The notes below the pieces were generated by a model. It did no database searches, had not been told where the DNA came from, and saw only the letters and a list, made by a program, of their open reading frames with translations. The position numbers and the translations under genes were made by a program. 64,000 nucleotides of DNA from Tubulanus polymorphus (lineage: Eukaryota; Animalia; Nemertea), in the NCBI RefSeq assembly GCF_964204645.1, contig NC_134029.1, forward strand, positions 20,268,950 through 20,332,949, read 5' to 3'. Below are positions 58,376-64,000 of this stretch, piece by piece (position 1 is the first letter of the stretch; each line of letters starts with the position of its first letter).

Positions 58376-60687
58376 AGAACTTGTAGACTTGCCTTGTCTG
58401 ACTGCTTCCTCTTAAATATTGATTTTAAACTGTACACGCAATTGAAATTTAATGATTTTTCTGCTCCGCGCTTCAATGAGTTACAACATTTTTCAAAAAT
58501 AGGTTTTAAACAAATTCACCGACTTGAATATAGTCTGTGAGAATTATGATCATGATTTATTTCTTAAAAGCGTTTTACATTGAAACATCAAAACAATCTC
58601 AAAGCTCTTAAACAACAATTTTAACCGGAAAGAATTGACACAATTAGTAGAAATGAAATAACACGTAGTCACTGTAGAATTTTCTAAGTAAAAATCTTTT
58701 TGCTGATGATTTCAAAAGATGATATATAGCCCTGTGATTTTCGTTCGCGCATACTGTTCCATGCAAGCTGACCGCTGAACCGGAGTCAGCTGAACCTTGT
58801 ACATGGATTACTGGGCTACAATGCAATATCTGAATATCTTATTTCATTTCTCGTTAGTAAATGTAGTGCATAAAGTTGAATTGGGGATGTATTTCATTCC
58901 CTAATCAATTACACTTAACAGGGTGTACTTCAATAACTATACCCTCATTGACAGTATCAACAGTATTTCTGGCTTAAATGTTATGTGTGTGGCGTCTTTC
59001 ACTTGTAGTAAAATAGTAGTTTGTAAATAGAATGAAAGAATTTGTTGTGGATAACAAAAAAATCAATTGATAAATACAGATAAGAGGATTTCAACATAGC
59101 ACAATTTTATGAATAATACAGCGGAAGAACATAATCGAATGCTGTATGATGGGATTCAGTGAACTTGACAAATTTTCTGCACATTAATTATCATCTCTGA
59201 CCGCGTAATCTCCTGTCTGGTTTTAAGGGCTTCTCTTTCTGATTACTTGGAGCACGGATTTTTTAAAGAAAAATATGGGAGAGCGAGCGAAGGGACAAAA
59301 AAATAACAACAGATATTTTTTCTATTACGCGAGTATTTTTTCCACGCAAGGACTGCAGAAAAAAAGAAAAAATTAGTAAAAATGGGGATGCATTAGATTT
59401 AAATGATGAGGGAAATGAAAAAAAAAGATTTTTTGCAAATATCGAAGTTGAAAAGCAAGATGAACATAACTTTTACAAGTTACTAGATTGAAAATCATGA
59501 TGGACATAACAAAAATCTTCTCTTTTTTAATTCAAAAATTGTGAAATGAAAATGATATTTGTAGAATTTTGTGGGCAGATCCATACTCCAAGTACTTACA
59601 AAAAAAGCCTTAAGAAGAGCTAGTGATTTTCTCAATGAAAGAACTCACAAATTCTTCCTCTAAAGCTGGTATTTTCTGTTGTACCCAATATGAAAAATAT
59701 GTCAAGTTACCTGTTACCCGATAGAGCTACCGTAAATATCTAATCGTGTTAACGAATCTTACAAAGAGCACAAACATCTAACAATAATTTTTAGAGTATG
59801 AATTATTTATACACATGGGACTGGAATAATATAAGGTGTAATAGATACATGTATTGTAACTATTAGATGTCGCGCATTCTGTGACTGGTAGACTGATGTA
59901 ATTAAACATTACCAATTGTGGGCTCATTTGTCACTTTCTGTGTACAGAAAATGCTTGTAATGCTCTTAATGCATTTAGTTAATCGCGTTCAAAGTAGTGT
60001 AAACTACATTAGTGAATTCGTCGTCGAAATGCCCATAACATTATTATGATAGTGCTAACAATAAAGGTAATAATTGTATTTGAGCTTTTAATGAATTGTT
60101 TCGCGTTTCTCTGGTTGGCGTTTAATGCGCTCGAAATCAGTGACAATTCCCCGATTTAGTAAGAAAAATGGGGGTGTTTTCGATCATCCAACTACATCTG
60201 TACGTACATTTCCGGTTTCAAAATCGTTCCCGTGGAAGTGACTGGTGGGTTTGTAATGGACATTAGTTAATTCATTAGTTAATCAAATAAATAAGCGGGA
60301 CAATACTCAAGAAAGCAGCGATAATGGGTAAAGGCCTACTCTGCGTAGCTGCACGCCACCTTCGCTTATCTGAGTTAGTCGACTATAGTCGAACTAAACG
60401 AAATCGAATGTCCGTTAGTCGAACTATATTCCGGAAATAGTTCGAAGATCAATCGACTGGTCGACTAGATACTAAAACCGAATTTGGCCTAGATTGTCGT
60501 GCATGATGCAGCACGTGCGATAGTCGCCATTTCAAGTGACCTCGCGAAATATCTTATAATTAAACAAGTTAATCAAGTATATAAATGTTCATTCAATATG
60601 ATCGGTTTCCATAGTTGGTTGGCATTTCTTGTATCTCAAGTGCCAGGAAAATGCATTAAATTTCAAAACATTTCATGAAATTTAGTG

Positions 60688-61638
60688 TTAAAAGCGTTGG
60701 TTGCACTCATCATTCGTGTCACGTGACGGGCATGATATCACCCTCCGAAATTCACCGTGCAAAGCTATATGGGTAATCGGCCATGCAGCTGCGCCCGTAA
60801 ACGCTAACATTTCGAGAACGTTCTTCAGGTGATGATCGTTCATTTTTGTCTCATCCATCATAGTGAATAGCCGTATAACAAGAGCTGAGCCGAAGCTTAT
60901 CAAAAACCAAATCGTGGCCACTAGTAAACCGTTCATAACTCTTTTCTGCCGTCGGATACTGAGTCGATTTTGCCAATTTGTAGCCTTGCGAATAGTCGTA
61001 CATACATTGACGTAACAAAAGCAGGTTGAGACCACTGAAATCAATAGGATGGCCACATGTAATACGAGAGCCAAGTAAGGCGCACGAGTTCCACCAGAAA
61101 ACGACACGTAGCAATTCTTTCCATCATATCGTATATAGATCCATTGGGGCTTTATCACAAACACAATTAATACATGTACTACCACCAACGACCACGAACA
61201 TGACAATAAAAACGTAATCCTAAATCTAGAAAACATCTTCTTGTAGCGATGATTCGGCAAGCACATCGCCACATAATGATCAACGTTAACGATCTGAAAA
61301 CTCGTCAGCACGGCGAGCATCGTACCTTGGTTTACGGCGAGAAAAACTTCGCAAAGTGTCTCGCTTCCTGACCCTACGATCGAGCAAATCCAAATCGGCA
61401 TACTGATCCCGCAAATAACTATACACCCCGCGCAGATGTTCACGACGAATATGTTGTTTTTCTTGCGTAGTTTCTCGCTGCAAAGGATTGTTAGTTTTAT
61501 GATAATGTTGCCGGCGATCCCAGTAGCGCTTGCAAAAAGTATGTATACTGCCATCAATGTGTGAGACAATGTAAATGAGCTTTGCGCAGTTTCGTTGACA
61601 GCTGCTGATGCGGTCATTTCCTCTCTAAGTTGGACCAT
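60688..61638 (-). CDS. Intronless orphan class A (rhodopsin-like) GPCR, 316 aa, divergent
   Basis: Seven hydrophobic segments, an N-terminal NET glycosylation site, TM1 GIAGN, TM2 NIFVVN, a TM3-top cysteine (LCEV), DRY-like DHYVAMCLP, TM4 W, TM5 CFCY and TM7/helix 8 WPITHIALHGEFRR. Confidence 0.88.
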   Translation of the reverse strand: MVQLREEMTASAAVNETAQSSFTLSHTLMAVYILFASATGIAGNIIIKLTILCSEKLRKKNNIFVVNICAGCIVICGISMPIWICSIVGSGSETLCEVFLAVNQGTMLAVLTSFQIVNVDHYVAMCLPNHRYKKMFSRFRITFLLSCSWSLVVVHVLIVFVIKPQWIYIRYDGKNCYVSFSGGTRAPYLALVLHVAILLISVVSTCFCYVNVCTTIRKATNWQNRLSIRRQKRVMNGLLVATIWFLISFGSALVIRLFTMMDETKMNDHHLKNVLEMLAFTGAAAWPITHIALHGEFRRVISCPSRDTNDECNQRF

Positions 61639-62547
61639 ACGCAGTTGACTGATTCACCAGAATCTACAACGTAAATTTTCCCCTGTTCCAAACAGTAATA
61701 TAGATGCAGTTACCAATTTGCCACTTTGACGTTGATGTTGTCGTTAAGGAAACAACGAGCGATGACATTTTCAGTGTATTTTTTATACATATTATGACGT
61801 CGTTTGGTCGTTTCTCAGTCAGTTATATGTAAATCTTGTCTGAGATAATAGATTCATTTAAAGTGGGCACTTCATTAGTTTCCAGATAACAAAGAACAGT
61901 TTATCGATCCCATGAAAAACTATAAATTCAATAGTGTATTACTTTATAATATTGTCGACAATGAATATCATTATGATATAAATAATGTAATACAAATGAT
62001 CAATAAAGTTTGATTTTAACTCAAAATAAGTCTACAATTGAATTGAATTAATATGAATTGACCGGCAACCAGCCTAGCGCAAATTTGAGGACGTAGTCCA
62101 CATCCACTCACGCAATACTGTAATTTATTGTCAAAATGCATAAAAATTCTTTCAAATTGAAAATAAGTCATGAAATCTCATAATTACAAAAAGCGCCAAT
62201 TTTTTTACAATTTTCTATCGCTGCTTTGTAATTGTTATTTCTGATACTTCTCCAATATTGATGACGTTGAGGACATCAAACAACCATGAATATTGTCAGC
62301 CAATAAATCAAACGTCGAAAATATTCACCACCTTATTTTTATCTTAAAGCAGGGATTTACCCAGTTATTTATTTAACTGGTAGATTCGATTTGGTTCTTA
62401 CAAACCCACCAAAACTACAGGTGATTACAGCAGGTGTTCTTCTGAAATGATTTCCGGTCACTGACGCAGCAATCTTACCGGTCTAAATGCGGAAAAAAAC
62501 GCCTATAACGAAGGAAACATTGATATCGAAAAAAACTTTTATTGAAT

Positions 62548-62736
62548 TCATACTTTGACTCTATTTGTATAAACTATCATCAACCCAATAGCCATGATAA
62601 ACAGTGCCATCACTATACTGATTATTAGTGTGAATTTGAGACATTGGCGACGCCTTGCTTTAGCCATAGTCGCTCTTTCCACATTCTCGAACGCGTCGGA
62701 TAGATCATGATGTGACGCAGGTACCGTCGAATCACC
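62548..62736 (-). CDS. Terminal coding exon of a small single-pass (tail-anchored-like) membrane protein; upstream exon(s) not located
   Basis: Minus-strand acceptor ttttttttcag|GGT. Encodes GDSTVPASHHDLSDAFENVERATMAKARRRQCLK, then a ~22-aa hydrophobic helix, then TNRVKV*. AATAAA lies a few nt after the stop (plus-strand tttatt 62538-62543). Confidence 0.6.
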   Translation of the reverse strand, partial: GDSTVPASHHDLSDAFENVERATMAKARRRQCLKFTLIISIVMALFIMAIGLMIVYTNRVKV

Positions 62737-62811
62737 CTGAAAAAAAAACAATAGTTCAAGGTCAAACTGTATCAATTGAATATAGTCCCATCTTGTAAAA
62801 AGAAATCTTGG

Positions 62812-62933
62812 AATATCAGCAAATCATTTTTTACGAAACCAACATTCACTAGAAATTAATCAATTTGTTAATGATTAATATCAGCAAATCATTATATTGA
62901 CAAACCCAACATTCGCTTGAAACTAATCAATTT
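62812..62933 (+). repeat. Imperfect ~66-bp tandem duplication
   Basis: atatcagcaaatcatt...ccaacattc.ct.gaaa.taatcaattt occurs twice. Confidence 0.8.
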
Positions 62934-63103
62934 ATATCTACATTTTAAGAAATTATATTTTTCCTCTTTTTCGAAAATAGTTTTTGTTTTTGTTTTTCGA
63001 TTTTCTATAAAGATATAGATCTACTACGGATGAGGACGGTGCACTCGATTATCAGACTTGCGTTATTGAGAGATACCGAATTCGTCGTTCTCATTAAGTC
63101 TTT

Positions 63104-64000
63104 ATGATGAACGACTCAACGGAGAAAGCCTCTCCTTGCAAGCCTTACAGTACCGTCGTCGTTCGTTTTTCCATCATCGATGCATCGGGACATTTCAGGC
63201 TGATTCTAATCGTAGCTAATATAGTTTTGTTGACGTTCGGTTTATTCGGAAACATGGCCAGCGTCCTCACAATGGCCAGTCAACGATTCCGCAACCTGTC
63301 GTACGCGAACTATCTCATCGCGCTTGCCGTTAGCGATTTAATCGTCTGCGTCAATATGCTGGGTATGCCTCTGTTGGAAGTAACGAGTAAAAAACTATTC
63401 GGAAGACTCGCCATCGTATTTAGAAACCGCGTTCAATGCATCGTTTACGAAATGTTTTTTCAGACCTCGGTCGCTTTCAGTATCACATTAGTGGTGGTGA
63501 TTACGTTAGAACGTCTGCTTGTAGTAACCTTACCCTTCACAGCCAGGGCTGTTTGCACGGCTAAATTTGCGCGCGTTGTTATCGCTTTTATGTTCGTACC
63601 AAACATTGCAAGCGCCAGCGGAAATTTAGTCGCCGTACACTATTCTAACGAACAGTGTTACTGCAATCACGCCAGCCAACTAATTCTAGTAAAGGTCGGG
63701 ATCGTCTACCATTTCATGTTACCGTTAGTGATCATAATTATCAGCAATTCAACAATTATATGCACTGTATATGGTAAACAGAATTTCGGGTGGACAGAAT
63801 CGAAAACTACCAATGCTAAACGTACAACGATAATGCTATTGACTGTTTCGGGTGTATTTGCGGGTTTAATGTTGCCCTCGGTGTTGATTTGGTTAATACC
63901 GATGCCGGGAGCCCGGCTTACAGCGATGATTACTTCGTGTACCATCGTTCAGAGTATGAACCACGTAGTTAACTTTTACATTTATCTTCTAACGGGTAAA
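63104..64000 (+). CDS. Intronless class A GPCR, peptide-receptor-like (FMRFamide/sex-peptide-receptor-like orphan group); 3' end lies outside the window
   Basis: Open frame of 299 codons from the ATG at 63104 to the window end: MMNDST..., TM1 FGLFGN, TM2 YLIALAVSD, TM3 ITLERLLVVTLP, TM5 FMLPLVIIIISN, TM6 RTTIMLLTVSGVFAGLMLP, TM7 MNHVVNFYIYLLTGK. It is absent from the ORF track because no stop falls in the window. Confidence 0.9.
   Translation, partial: MMNDSTEKASPCKPYSTVVVRFSIIDASGHFRLILIVANIVLLTFGLFGNMASVLTMASQRFRNLSYANYLIALAVSDLIVCVNMLGMPLLEVTSKKLFGRLAIVFRNRVQCIVYEMFFQTSVAFSITLVVVITLERLLVVTLPFTARAVCTAKFARVVIAFMFVPNIASASGNLVAVHYSNEQCYCNHASQLILVKVGIVYHFMLPLVIIIISNSTIICTVYGKQNFGWTESKTTNAKRTTIMLLTVSGVFAGLMLPSVLIWLIPMPGARLTAMITSCTIVQSMNHVVNFYIYLLTGK

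Noticed and set aside
63706-63945. 79-aa minus-strand ORF
   Set aside because: Antisense shadow of the + strand GPCR.

Overview
This is eukaryotic (invertebrate animal, probably spiralian/lophotrochozoan) genomic DNA, AT-rich with GT-AG spliceosomal introns, so most short ORFs in the supplied track are exon fragments or noise. Manual splicing gives two large + strand genes: an FRMPD4/Preso-like WW-PDZ-FERM scaffold (20 coding exons, 3963-28344, ~1660 aa) and a HEATR5B orthologue (35 coding exons plus a probable 33-nt cassette microexon, 35418-57245, ~2049/2060 aa). The right end holds a divergent intronless class A GPCR (- strand), the last exon of a small C-terminally anchored membrane protein (- strand), and a second intronless GPCR (+ strand, runs off the window, missed by the ORF track) that is probably nested antisense in that gene's intron. 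Introns carry at least six families of short non-autonomous DNA elements, microsatellites and local duplications. I see no evidence for a wholly new multi-gene system. The best leads are the HEATR5B microexon, a foldback repeat built from two divergent tRNA-like arms, a Penelope-type minimal hammerhead motif, MITEs with apparent 5- and 6-bp target-site duplications, and possible isoform switches in the FRMPD4-like gene. All coordinates were read by eye and no database searches were run.
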